Source of the DNA: Scenedesmus sp. PABB004
Lineage: Eukaryota
Length of the DNA stretch: 64,000 nt
Assembly (NCBI GenBank): GCA_014905635.1
Contig: JABVCE010000024.1
Span: forward strand, 186,001-250,000
Direction of reading: 5' to 3'
Shown: positions 34,301 to 43,844 of the stretch, piece by piece
Layout of the letters: the number at the start of each line of letters is the position of its first letter
Position numbering within the stretch: position 1 is the stretch's first letter
Program-made: the position numbers and the translations under genes
Notes under the pieces: model-generated
The model's database searches: none
Told to the model about the DNA's origin: nothing
What the model saw: the letters and a program-made list of their open reading frames with translations, nothing else

Positions 34301-37300
34301 GCGCAGTGGGGCCAGGCCTACGCACGATGCGTGTCGGCGTACGACACGGCGGCGCGCAAGGGGGTGTCCTGCGATACCGCGGTCGGTGTGACTAGCTCTG
34401 AGCTCACATGCTTCTGCAAGGGTGGGTGCGGGAGCAGCAGGCTTGCCAAGGCCATTGGCAAACACTCAAACGCCCCCCCCCCCCTGCCCCCCCTCCCTCT
34501 CACGCACACACGTGACCACAACTCACGCGCCCCACTCTTGACCGCTCTGCAGATGCCATCAGCGACCCCTGCGCTGGCAACAGCTGCAGCGGCCACGGCA
34601 CCTGCTCCAACGGTGTGTGCCAGTGCACGGGCGGCTGGAGCGGCAGCCGGTGCGAGACAGCGCCAGGTGGCTGCGTGGCCAGCGGCCAGCCTGTCAGTTG
34701 TGAAGGAGGGTCTGTCTTCCAAGCAAGCCAAGGTGACACCCTAGCGCAGATCGCTGCAACCCTGTGCCAGGCTGACCTCACGAGCGTGGCGGCTGCAAAC
34801 ACGCACATCCACGACGCGGGCCATCTGTGCGCTGGCGACGGCGTGTGCTGCCCTCCTACTGAGACCCTGCCTGGTGACCTGCGGGCTGCGGCGGGCGGCG
34901 CGACGGGTGCAGAGCACGCGCCGCAGCTCCCAACGGCGCTGCCGCACGCTGCGCGCGCGCCGCAGTTGAGCAACTCTACACCGAGTGTCGCCAGGTGGCG
35001 CCAAGCGTTAGCCTCATGGTGAGCAGCGCCCCATGTGGTAAGGGGATGACCCTGTCCAAGGTGCTGCCGGCATGCACCCGCTTTGAATACGTGGTGGGCG
35101 TGAGGATTGATGACTGCCGCTTAAGCTTCGGAGTTGCCAACTACTGCACGTGGGTGAAAATTCGCTACGCTGCCGGCACAGGCGCGCTGCAGACCGGCTG
35201 GGTGACAGCAGCCTGCATGGGATCAGCCCAAGTCACGTACTGCCCTGCCACCGGCTGCCCGGCCCAAGGTGGGCGTGTGTGCATGCGAAGGTTGTCGCCC
35301 GCGCCACACGCGCGCACATGCACCCTCTACAAACACGCCGCCGCGCGCTGCCGCCACAGCGCCCGCGAGCACCTGCCGCCAGGTGACCACGGGAGAGGAG
35401 CTGACGCTGCGGGAGAAGCCTTGCTTCGGCTCAAACCCCGTGACGCTCGGCGGCGCTGGTGTCGTGCTCCATCGCGATGACACCTTCACCGTCTCCAACA
35501 CCGACTCCAAGCAGGTCTCCACGTGCGGCACCACCACCCCGCCCGACCCGCCGGGGCGCGCGCTGTGCTGGGTGCAGGCCGCCGCCAAGGGCGCCACCGG
35601 CTGGCTGCCCGTTGGGCGCGGCACGTTCAAGGACGCGTTCTGCGCCGGCGGCGCGGCGGGCGCGCCGCAGCCCGAGTCGTTTGTGACCGAAACGTGCGCT
35701 GCAGCGTCGACGTCAACGCAACTGGCCATGCCGGTGGCTGACTTGTACTACGTCTCGTCGTGCTTCGGCAAGCGGTCGATAAGCTATGGCAGCAAGGATC
35801 ACAAGGGCCTCGACCTCGCTGTCTACATGGTCCCGGTCTTTGCGGCCGCGGCGGGCGTCGTCACGCTGGGCTCGCAGCCCTGCCTGGGCTCGACCGCCGG
35901 CGGGGGAAACTACGTGACCATCAAGCACTCTGACACACTCTCCACTCTCTATATGCATCTGGACAGCTTCTCCGTGGCAAACGGCGCAACGGTGGCCCAG
36001 GGCCAGCAGGTGGGGGTGTCGGGCACGAGCGGCATGTGCGGCGGCAGCAGCTACCACCTGCACTTTGAGGTCCGGGCGGGCGGGACGGCCATCAACCCCC
36101 TGGCCTGCCTCCCGGAGCTCAAGACCAAGTCCACCAGAGACGCGGGCTACAAAAACTGCGCCGATTCCAAGCCCGACGCGCGGTGCACCAAGCCCGCGCA
36201 GCCCACGCAACCGCCAGTTGGTGAGTGTGCACGAGCTGGTCAGGCGCCAAGCCTTGCCAACCGCGCCCATTTGCTTGCTTGCATATGCTCGTTCTGGTTT
36301 AGGCTGTGCCCGCGTGATGCGGCCGCGTGCTCACCATCCCCGCGCTGCCCCGCAGGGTCGCTGGACAGCGTGGACCAGGCGCAGCTCACCAGGGCGTTCC
36401 TGGCCAACCAGGCGGACGGCGTGTGCCCCTCCCAGGACCCGAGATACTTCCAGGCGGCGTTCAACGCGTTGCTGGTCAGGCAAGACCGCTACGACGGCAA
36501 GCGCGGCGTCGACGTCGCCGGCGTCACGACGCCGCGCGAGCTGGCCATGATGCTCGCGCACGTGATCTCCGAGACCAGCTGCCTTAGCTTGCGGCGGGAG
36601 TCCAACTGCTACCAGGCCAACTACCAAAATGGCAATGCGCAAGGGGGTTGCCCGGCGAGCAATTACTACTGCGGCCGCGGGTACCTGCAGCTGACCAACT
36701 GCGGCCTCTACCAGGCGTTCCAGGGCGCGCTGACCAGCGACGCGCGCCTCGCGCGCCTCTTCCCCGGCGTCGACGTCGTGCAGCGCCCCGACGCCATCTC
36801 CGACAGCGAGGACCTTTCCTGGGAGGCGGCCTTCTTTTTCTGGCGGACGCGGATCAGGGGCGCCGCCAACGTCGGCCTGCTCGACGCCGGCGGCTTTGGC
36901 GCGACGCTGTGCACGCTCAACGGCGGCGAGTGCGGCGACGGTGGGCACAGCCAGAACAGCCTCGGCCTCACGCAGCCGTCCGGCTGCGCCGCCGTCGCGC
37001 GCTTCCGGTGGTATCGCAACATACTGGCCGTGCTCGCGCCCGGCGTGCCCGCGATCGGGGACGGCTGCTACGCGTTTGTGCACAGCAGGTGCCAGGGCCT
37101 GCTCGACCCCCCCGGCGGCACGGGCCTGTCCGCCGGCGCCGCCGCCAACGCGTGCGCGACGGCGCGGTGCACGATACAGCGCCCCCCTGCCAAGGCAGGC
37201 GCCTGGACTTGCGTCAACCGCGCCACCTGCACGCGCGCGGGTGGCGCCCCGGTCGTTGGCAAGTGCCCAAACGATCGGTTCGGGCTGTGCTGCGCTGGCA

Positions 37301-37356
37301 TGCGGCTGAACCCAACCGAGTTCCAGGGGCTTCCTGGTGACACGACCCGGCCGTGA
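31355..37356 (+). CDS. Secreted 1509-aa mosaic hydrolase: signal peptide, SH3b-like x2, Cys domain, EGF x5, SH3b-like x2, Cys domain, EGF, LysM, SH3b-like x2, M23 peptidase, GH19, Cys-rich tail
   Basis: Exons 31355-31378, 31564-31606, 31674-31940, 32049-32333, 32501-32677, 32805-33326, 33421-33684, 33793-34077, 34245-34421, 34553-34873, 34966-35268, 35360-36220 and 36356-37356 join via GT-AG introns into one open frame (4530 nt). Signal MKPPVMVAVVAVLVLLTHC; LysM QGDTLAQIA..VAAAN..LCAGDGVCCP; M23 HKGLD, GNYVTIKH, YMHL, HLHFEVR..INP; GH19 ELAMMLAHVISETS..RE, YCGRGYLQLT, AAFFFW, FGAT..LNGGEC. Confidence 0.9.
31688..34668 (+). repeat. Intragenic tandem duplication (period ~1744 bp) covering exons and introns of the SH3b-SH3b-Cys-EGF block
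   Basis: 31688-~32910 is nearly identical to 33432-~34660, introns included. The two units differ mainly in EGF copy number (5 vs 1). Confidence 0.97.
32816..33325 (+). repeat. Five tandem 102-bp coding repeats encoding EGF-like modules (DPCAG[NI]SCSGHGTCSNGVCQCTGGWSGSRCETA[SP])
   Basis: Units start at 32816, 32918, 33020, 33122 and 33224 and show six-Cys EGF spacing. Confidence 0.97.
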
Positions 37357-37819
37357 CTAAGGTTGGCGCTACTGCACCGCACTGCATCGCTCCGCACTGC
37401 AATGCGCTGCGCTGTGTTTTGAAGTATCACCGTCTGCTAGCTCAACACAATCACCGCTGCATCAGCCGCCTGGGGCGCGAGCCAGGTCAGCGATGTCATG
37501 CACATGTTGTCCAAGCGTCCATAGCTGCAATCATTGCCAAGTTGTTTTCTTGAAGGGAAGCTTTTCCTCGTTTCCGCGCTCAGTGTCCATTTCCAACTGA
37601 AGTCCTCTACGTGCGAACTACTGTCCCTGAGCACTTCACGGCATCGCTGCGCTGCATCAGCCACCTGGGGCGCGAGATCCAGGTCAGCGCACAGAGGCAG
37701 GTTTCGTGCGTGGTGGTGTTTGTCGTGGGCAACGTTTTGGTTGACGAGGGGGGGGGGGGCGCAGAGCAACGGCAGCCCTCGCGCGTGAGGCGGGCTAGTT
37801 TGCAACCGCAACTTACACA

Positions 37820-38458
37820 CGGCGGACGAGCCGGTGCGGCACAAGCGCGTCACGCTCGTCGGCAACCTCGCCCTGCTCGGCGGCCCCGGCGGGCAGGGGC
37901 TGCCGGTGGGCCACGTGACCGCTTACAACGCGAGCCCGGGGCTGCAGCTCCAGTTTGTGCAGACGCTCGCGGAGAGCCTGGCCGGGCCGGAGGACTTTGC
38001 CTCGTTCGGCGACGTCCTGTCGGCGCAGGACGCGTGGCTGTGCTGGAGGTACGGCACAGGTGAGGAGGAGGCGTGGCGCGCGCGGGCAGGGCTGAGGGTT
38101 GTGGCGGCGGCCGCGGGGCGCGCGGGCGCACGGCGGCAGACGCACGGCGGCAGCGTGGCAGCGCGGGGCTGCGCTCAGCTCGCGCCGCCCTCGCCCACCG
38201 GCGCGCGCGCGCGCAGGCCTGGTGGAGGAGCTGGAGGAGCTGGAGGAGCTGGAGGGCGACGACGAGGGGGGCGCGGAGTGACGGCGGCGCGCGCGCGCCG
38301 TGCCCGGTCTGGCCCTCGCGCAGGCTGGTCCGGCGGTCGGGCGCCAGGTGGGGCTCGCTCGGCAACCGCAACTTACACACAACGGACGCACGACCGCCGC
38401 GCGCCAGCCTGCCGGCCGAGCCTAGCGCAGCGGCGGCGCCGGCGGCATCAGCGAGCGC
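37820..38458 (+). repeat. 639-bp direct duplication, copy 2; contains an orphan 3' fragment of the LpxC-like gene (37820-38281) and the true 3' end of the ankyrin gene
   Basis: Near-identical to 30360-30998. It starts mid-exon (ADEPVRHKRVTLVGNL) with no upstream LpxC exons. Confidence 0.95.
38373..38377 (-). promoter_or_regulatory. Candidate TGTAA polyadenylation signal of the ankyrin gene
   Basis: TTACA on the + strand, ~45 nt past the minus-strand stop at 38422-38424. UGUAA is the established chlorophycean poly(A) signal. Confidence 0.5.
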
Positions 38459-41400
38459 GCAACAGCACGCAGCAGCTCGGCCGCCTGCTCGTGCGCCGGC
38501 GTCAGCGCGGCGCACTGCGCCGGCTGCTGCTGCTGCACGGCGCCGACCGGCGGCAGTGGCGCACAGGCGCTGGCAAAGCCCGCGCGCAGGTGGGGCGGCA
38601 GCGCCGCGAGCGCCGCAGGCGAGGGCCGCGCGGCGGGCGCCGCGCCGGCTGGCGCGGCGGTGGCGGTGCCGCCGGCGGCAACGCCCCCGCGCAGGTGCGG
38701 CGGCAGCGCCGCCTGCGCGGCCGCAACGTGCACCGCCGAGGCGGCGCGGGGCTCGGCCGCTGCCGGCCCATCGCGGCCGCGCAGCGGCGAGCTCCGCCGC
38801 GGCGCCGCCGGTTGCGCTGCAGGCGTCGGCTGCTGCTGCTGCTGCTGCTGCTGCCACTCCTGCTGCGGCTCCTGCTGCGCCGCGTGCTGCTCCTGCTGCT
38901 CCTGCCCCAGCTGCCCGCCCTGCTGCGGCGCCTCCTCGCCCTCCTCCTCGTCCGGGGTGCCCTCACCCAACGACCGCCGGGCCAGCCGCTCCTTCTCGTG
39001 CTGGCGGCGCCGCTGCGCCGCCTCCTGCTCGCGGCGCTGCCGCTCCTTGGCTGCCTTGGCCGCCTTGGCTGCCTTGCCGCTCGGCTTGGCCGCCGCCGGC
39101 GCGCCCCCCGGCGAGCCCAGCGCCTCGATCATAGCGGCCAGCGCGTCGACGTCGTCCGCCGGCGCCGCCGCCGCCGCGCGGCCGCGCCGCCCGCGTCGCC
39201 CGCGTCGCCCGCGCCGCCGTCGTCCGCGGCCGCGCCGCCCAGCGCGCCCGCGCCCCCGCGCAGCTGCCTGCCCCGCTTCTCGGCGGCCTTGAGTCGCCAC
39301 TCGATGTAGGAGGCCTGCGAGACCAAGGGTGGTGGGGGCGGTGCCGGCGTGAGGGGCGGGGGCGGCGCCCGAGGCCCGCGGCTGCGCGCGGGCGCGGGCG
39401 ACGCGGACGCGCCAGCGCGCGCGGCTGTGCGCGGCGGGCGGCGCACGCTCTGGCCCAGCTTGGTCGCGAGCAGCCTGGCCACGCTGTGGAAGCCCTGGCC
39501 CTGCCGCCATGGCGCGCCGGCCTCGACGAGGAGCAGCACCGACTCCATGTGCCCAGACTGCGCCGCTGCGGCGGCGGCGGGCTGGCGCGCGCGGGCGCGC
39601 GTCGGCTGGAGCACGGCGCCGCGGCGCTGCGCGCGCCGCCCCGCCCGGCCCCTGCCCCCGCCAACCTGTCTGGACGGCTCCGAAGCCGGCGCGCGAGGGC
39701 CGGGGGTCGGTCTCTGTCAGGTCCGCGCCCGCGTCTGCGCGCCGCGGCGCGGCGCGGCGCGGCGCAGCGGGGGTGTATCGGCTGGGCAGCCTCCGAGCGC
39801 GCGCGCGCGCGCAGGCAGGCAGGCGGCTGGCGCGCGCCGCTCCCACGCGTCCGCCAGGCCACCCGCGCCGCGCCGCGCCACGCGCCGGGCCGCCAGCGCC
39901 GCGCGCACCGATGAGGATGCGCAGCGTCTCTGGTTTGGGCCGCATCGCTGCAGCGAGCAGGGGCGTCAGCCCCGCTTACTTGGGGTCACTGCCGGTCCAG
40001 GGCAGGCTGACATCGGCGCTGCACTTGACGAGCGCGCGGACGAGCTGCGGCGCCGGCGGCGCGCCGCGGGCGCGGCGTCAGCGCCGCGCGGCGCCAGCGG
40101 TGTGCGCGGGGCGGCAGGGGCGCGGCGGGGCGGGGGATGACCAGGGCAAGGGGCCCGGGGGCGCAGGGGCGCGGCGAGGGGGGGATGGCAAGGGCAGCGC
40201 ACCTCCACCTTGTCCGTCAACGCACACGTCAGCAGCGCCGTGCAGCCGCAGGGCGACGGCACGTTGAGCGGGCAGCCTGCCGCCGCGAGCGCCCGCAGCA
40301 GCGACGGCTGCACGCCCGGGCCGTGCACCACATTCCAGACGAGCTGAGCCGGCGCGAGCGCCGCCGCGTCGGGCGCCGGCCCAGCCGCGAGCAGCGGCCG
40401 CCGGCCGCCGCGGCCGGCAGCCGGCGGCGCGCCGCCCGGGCGCGGCGGCGCGGCGCGCGCGCTGGCGGCGAGCAGCGCCGCCACGCACGCGGTGTGGCCC
40501 TGGTGGGCAGCGATGTCGATCGCTCGCGCCCTGTCCGCGGCGCGCGGCGCGTCGAGATCAATGCCGGGGCAGCGCGCGAGCGCGGCCAGCGAGACCTCCG
40601 CGCCGTTGCGGGCCGCCAGAGTGAGCGGCGTCTCCCCGTTCCACGCCAGGCCAGGGTTGGGGCCGCCCGCCGCGCCCGCCAGCAGCTCGATGATCGCACA
40701 CTGCTCCAGAGCCGTGCCCAGCGTGTCGCCCGGCGCGGCGCCGCCGGCGGGCAGGCTGCCGTCCACGCACGGCGCGCGCCGGAGCTCGGCCAGCGCGTCG
40801 GCCAGCGCCTGCCCCTGGGGCAGCGCCGCGTCGTGGTTCGGCACGACGTTGCAGGCCGCGAGGTGCAGCGGCGTGGCGCCGGCGAGCGTCCATTCGGCGC
40901 CGCCGTCGCCCGCGCCGCCCTCGTCGCCCGGCGGCGGCCCCGCCTCGGCGCCGGGGTCCGCGCCGTGCTCCAGCAGCAGCCGCACCGCCGCGAGGCACCC
41001 CGCGCCGCCGGGGTCGACGCCGCGCCCCTGGGCGGCGTAGAGGCCACGATACGCCTCGGCGAGCGCGGCGTGCTGCGCCGGCGTCGAGACCTCGGCCCGG
41101 GGCGCCACAGCGAGGTGCAGCGGCGCGATGCCCGTGCGCGGCGTGCGCGCGTCGGGGCACGCGCCGGCGGCGAGCAGCTGCAACACCGCCGCGGCGTTGT
41201 GCGCGATGGCAGCGTAGTGCAGCGGCGTCCAGCTCAGCGCGGCGTCACGAGTGCAGAGCACGTCTGCGTGGTCGCGCAGCAGGCCCGCGTCCAGCGGCTG
41301 CGGGCGCGGCGGCGGGGCGCGGGGCGCGGGGCGGGGGTCGGCCGGCGCCACGCACGGGGCGGCGCAGCGGGCGCCGCGGCTGTCGGCACGCCGGGCCCAC

Positions 41401-41903
41401 GCTGCCTCCGCGGCCGCACCTGGTCCGGCTGCGCCCACAGCGCCGCGTGCAGCGGCGTGTCGTGCGCGCGGCCCGCGCAGGCTGCCGGCGCCGCGGGCTG
41501 CTTGGCGTCCGCGGGCTGCGAGGCGTCCGCGGGCTGCTTGGCCGCCGCGGGCTGCTTGGCGTCCGCGGGCGCGGCCGCTGGGGCGGCCGCCTCGCCGACG
41601 CCGCGGCTGCGCGGCCTGCCGCCGCCGGAGGCCGCCTCGCCGCCGGCCGCCCCGCCGCCGGCCGGGCGAGCGGCACCCGCACTGCTGCTGCTGCCCGCCC
41701 GCTCGCCCGGCCCCGGCCGCTGCGCCGCGCGCGCGCCGCGTGCGGCACGGCCGAGCAGAGCCCCAGACATGAACTGCAAGCCGGACGAGGCGCCGCCGCC
41801 GCCGCCGCCGCCGCTGGCGGGCGGCGCGCGCTCGCGGGTGGGTGCGCCGCCGCCGCCGCCGCCGCTGCCGCCGCTGGCGGGCGGCGCGCGCTCGCGGGTG
41901 GGT

Positions 41904-41943
<40 letters not shown>

Positions 41944-42342
41944 GCGGCGCGCGCTCGCGCGTGGGCGCGCCGCCCGCGAGCGTCTTTGTGAGAAACTCGG
42001 CGAGCACCTGAGTGGACCGCGCGTCCGTACCTTCAAACCGCACACCGCCCATCGTCGCCGCCAGCGCCTCCCCTGTCACGGTGCACACACGCCCGTCGCG
42101 CGTGAACATCACTGCCAGCGCGGCGGCGGCGGCGGGCGGCGGCCGTCAGGGGGCCGCGGCAGCGCGCGCGCGAGCGCGGCGGCGGCGCTCGGGAGCTCCC
42201 GCTGGCCGCATGCAGCGCGCGCCCGCCACGCTGCGCGGGAGCTGCCGCGCTCACAGCCAACGGCGGCAACCATGCGCTGCTCGCCCGGCGGCGGCTCGTC
42301 GGCGCCGCCGCCCCGGTCGCGCGTCTGCTGCTGCTGCGCCAT
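38422..42342 (-). pseudogene. Ankyrin-repeat gene, paralogue of the neighbouring ANK-RING gene, with an in-frame stop and an apparent frameshift
   Basis: Ankyrin motifs DTPLHAA, WTPLHYAA, IAPLHLAV, ATPLHLAA, GETPLTLAA. An in-frame TAA at 39976-39978 interrupts DPK*AGLTPLLAAAM, the frame changes near 39180, and there is no RING at the C-terminus. Confidence 0.65.
41790..41980 (-). repeat. Three ~60-bp coding repeats (GGAPTRERAPP + poly-Gly)
   Basis: gcggcgcgcgctcgcg(g/c)gtggg recurs near 41821, 41881 and 41944. Confidence 0.85.
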
Positions 42343-42665
42343 CGCCGGCGCCGCAGCGCGTCCCCTGCTGCTGCTGCTGCTGCGCCGCCACTGCCGCGGG
42401 ACAGCGCCTGCGGGCGAGCAGCGCCTGGCCACGCGGCCGCTGCGTGCGCCGCTGCTGCTGGCGCGGCCCGCTGCTGTCAGAGCGCGCGCGCAGCCCGCAG
42501 CGCGCGGGGTCGCGTGCCAGCTTGCCGTGTGCGGGGCTTGATCGATCGGGCGTGGTCCCTTTTGTCGCGTTCGAGCGGCAAACCCGGGGCGTCGCGCCGC
42601 CGTTCGAGCGAGCCCCACGACCCGCCGGCCGGCGCCCCGCCCACCCGCGTGCGCCGCCGCGTCAG

Positions 42666-43806
42666 CTAGCTGTGCACCTTCACGCTCCTTTCCACGGGCG
42701 TGCGGCAGTAGGGGCACGAGGCCAGCGCGCCGCGCGTGCTCAGCGTGTCGGCGCACTTCTCGCACAGCACGAGGTGCTTGCAGGGCAGGAGCAGCACGCG
42801 GCGCGGGCCCTCAAAGCAGATGACGCAGGGTTTCGAGCGTCGAACGGGCGCCTCGCCCGCGCCCGCGCTCGCGCCCGAGCCGCCCACAGGCGCAGGCGAC
42901 GGCCGCCCCGGCGGCGCGGCAGGCGCCGCCGCGGCCACGGCCCGGGCCGGGCCAGGCGGCGCCTGCGCCTGCCCCAGCGGCACGGCCACCGGCACCGCGA
43001 CCGGCACGGCAATCGGCACGCGCGCCTGCGCAGGCGCCGGCGGCGTGCCCGCGAGGGGCGCGGGCGCCCCGCCGCCGCCAGCGCCGGGCCGGGTGTGCAT
43101 GAAAATCGGGTTCAGGCTCCCCCGCCACTGCTCAAGCAGCGCCACGGCCGCCGGCGCGCTGCCGCCGGCGGCAGGCGCCGGCGGCGCGGCCGGCGGCGGC
43201 TGCCGCAGCTGCTGCGGCGGCGCCACCACGGCCGGCGGCGCCTGCCGCTGCGGCGGCGCCGGCGACGGGAGCGCCGCAGTCGCCGCCGGCGGCTGCTGCT
43301 GTTGCCGCGCCTGCTGCGGCGGCTGCTTGCCTGGCCGCTGCGCGCCGCTGTCTGCGGCGGCCGGCTGCTGGGCGCCGGCCGGCGACTGCGGCGCCTGGGC
43401 GCTGCCCGGCCTGCTGCTGCTCGCGCTGCTGCCACCGCTCGCGCCCACACGGGCGTCCACTGCCGGCTTTTGCTTGCGCTTGGGCTCCAGCTGCTGCCAG
43501 CTCTCCGCCTCGTCCGGCTCCGCCTGCTGCTGCCACTCGAGCTTTAACAGGTCAATGGCCGGGAGGGCCTCCTGCGGCGCCTGCTCCCCCGACGGCAACG
43601 CCTGGCGCTGCTGCTCCGCCGCCTGCTCCGCCCGCCCCTCCTCGCCGTCCTCCCCGTCGGTGCCGCTCCCAGAGGAGCCGCTGCCGCTGCCGCGCGCCGC
43701 CGCCGCGCGCGCTTGCCGGCGCGCCGCCTCGGCCTGCTGCTGCTTCTGCCGCTGCTTTTCCCGCTCCTTGTCCTTCTTGCTCTTGGCCTTGCTGCTCTGT
43801 TTGGCC

Positions 43807-43844
<38 letters not shown>

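Larger units (their letters stand above)
30999..37819. other. ~6.8 kb inserted segment of visibly lower GC between two direct repeats
   Basis: Bounded by the 639-bp repeats. Composition and intron style differ from the flanks. No transposase or integrase ORF was recognised. Confidence 0.8.

Noticed and set aside
27350..37356. Functional cluster of LpxC with peptidoglycan enzymes (organellar envelope pathway)
   Set aside because: The adjacency is explained by the insertion. The hydrolase looks secreted and the LpxC-like protein looks inactive.
37774..37799. Hairpin followed by CTAG|T, resembling a Helitron 3' end (the insert also begins with TC)
   Set aside because: The same bases align as a degenerate copy of the LpxC 3' UTR. 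The 5' TC is not preceded by A, and Helitrons do not make long flanking duplications. Not fully excluded without a genome-wide copy search.
30999..37819. Bacterial contamination or prophage endolysin region
   Set aside because: The gene has 12 spliceosomal GT-AG introns, EGF repeats and a eukaryotic-type signal peptide; no phage genes are present.
39976..39978. Stop-codon reassignment of TAA
   Set aside because: It is a single instance, and TAA serves as a normal stop at 47782-47784.
39948..39979. 32-nt mini-intron (GTAAGC...GCAG, minus strand) removing the premature TAA
   Set aside because: It is very short, would shift the frame and would delete the conserved GLTPL ankyrin motif.
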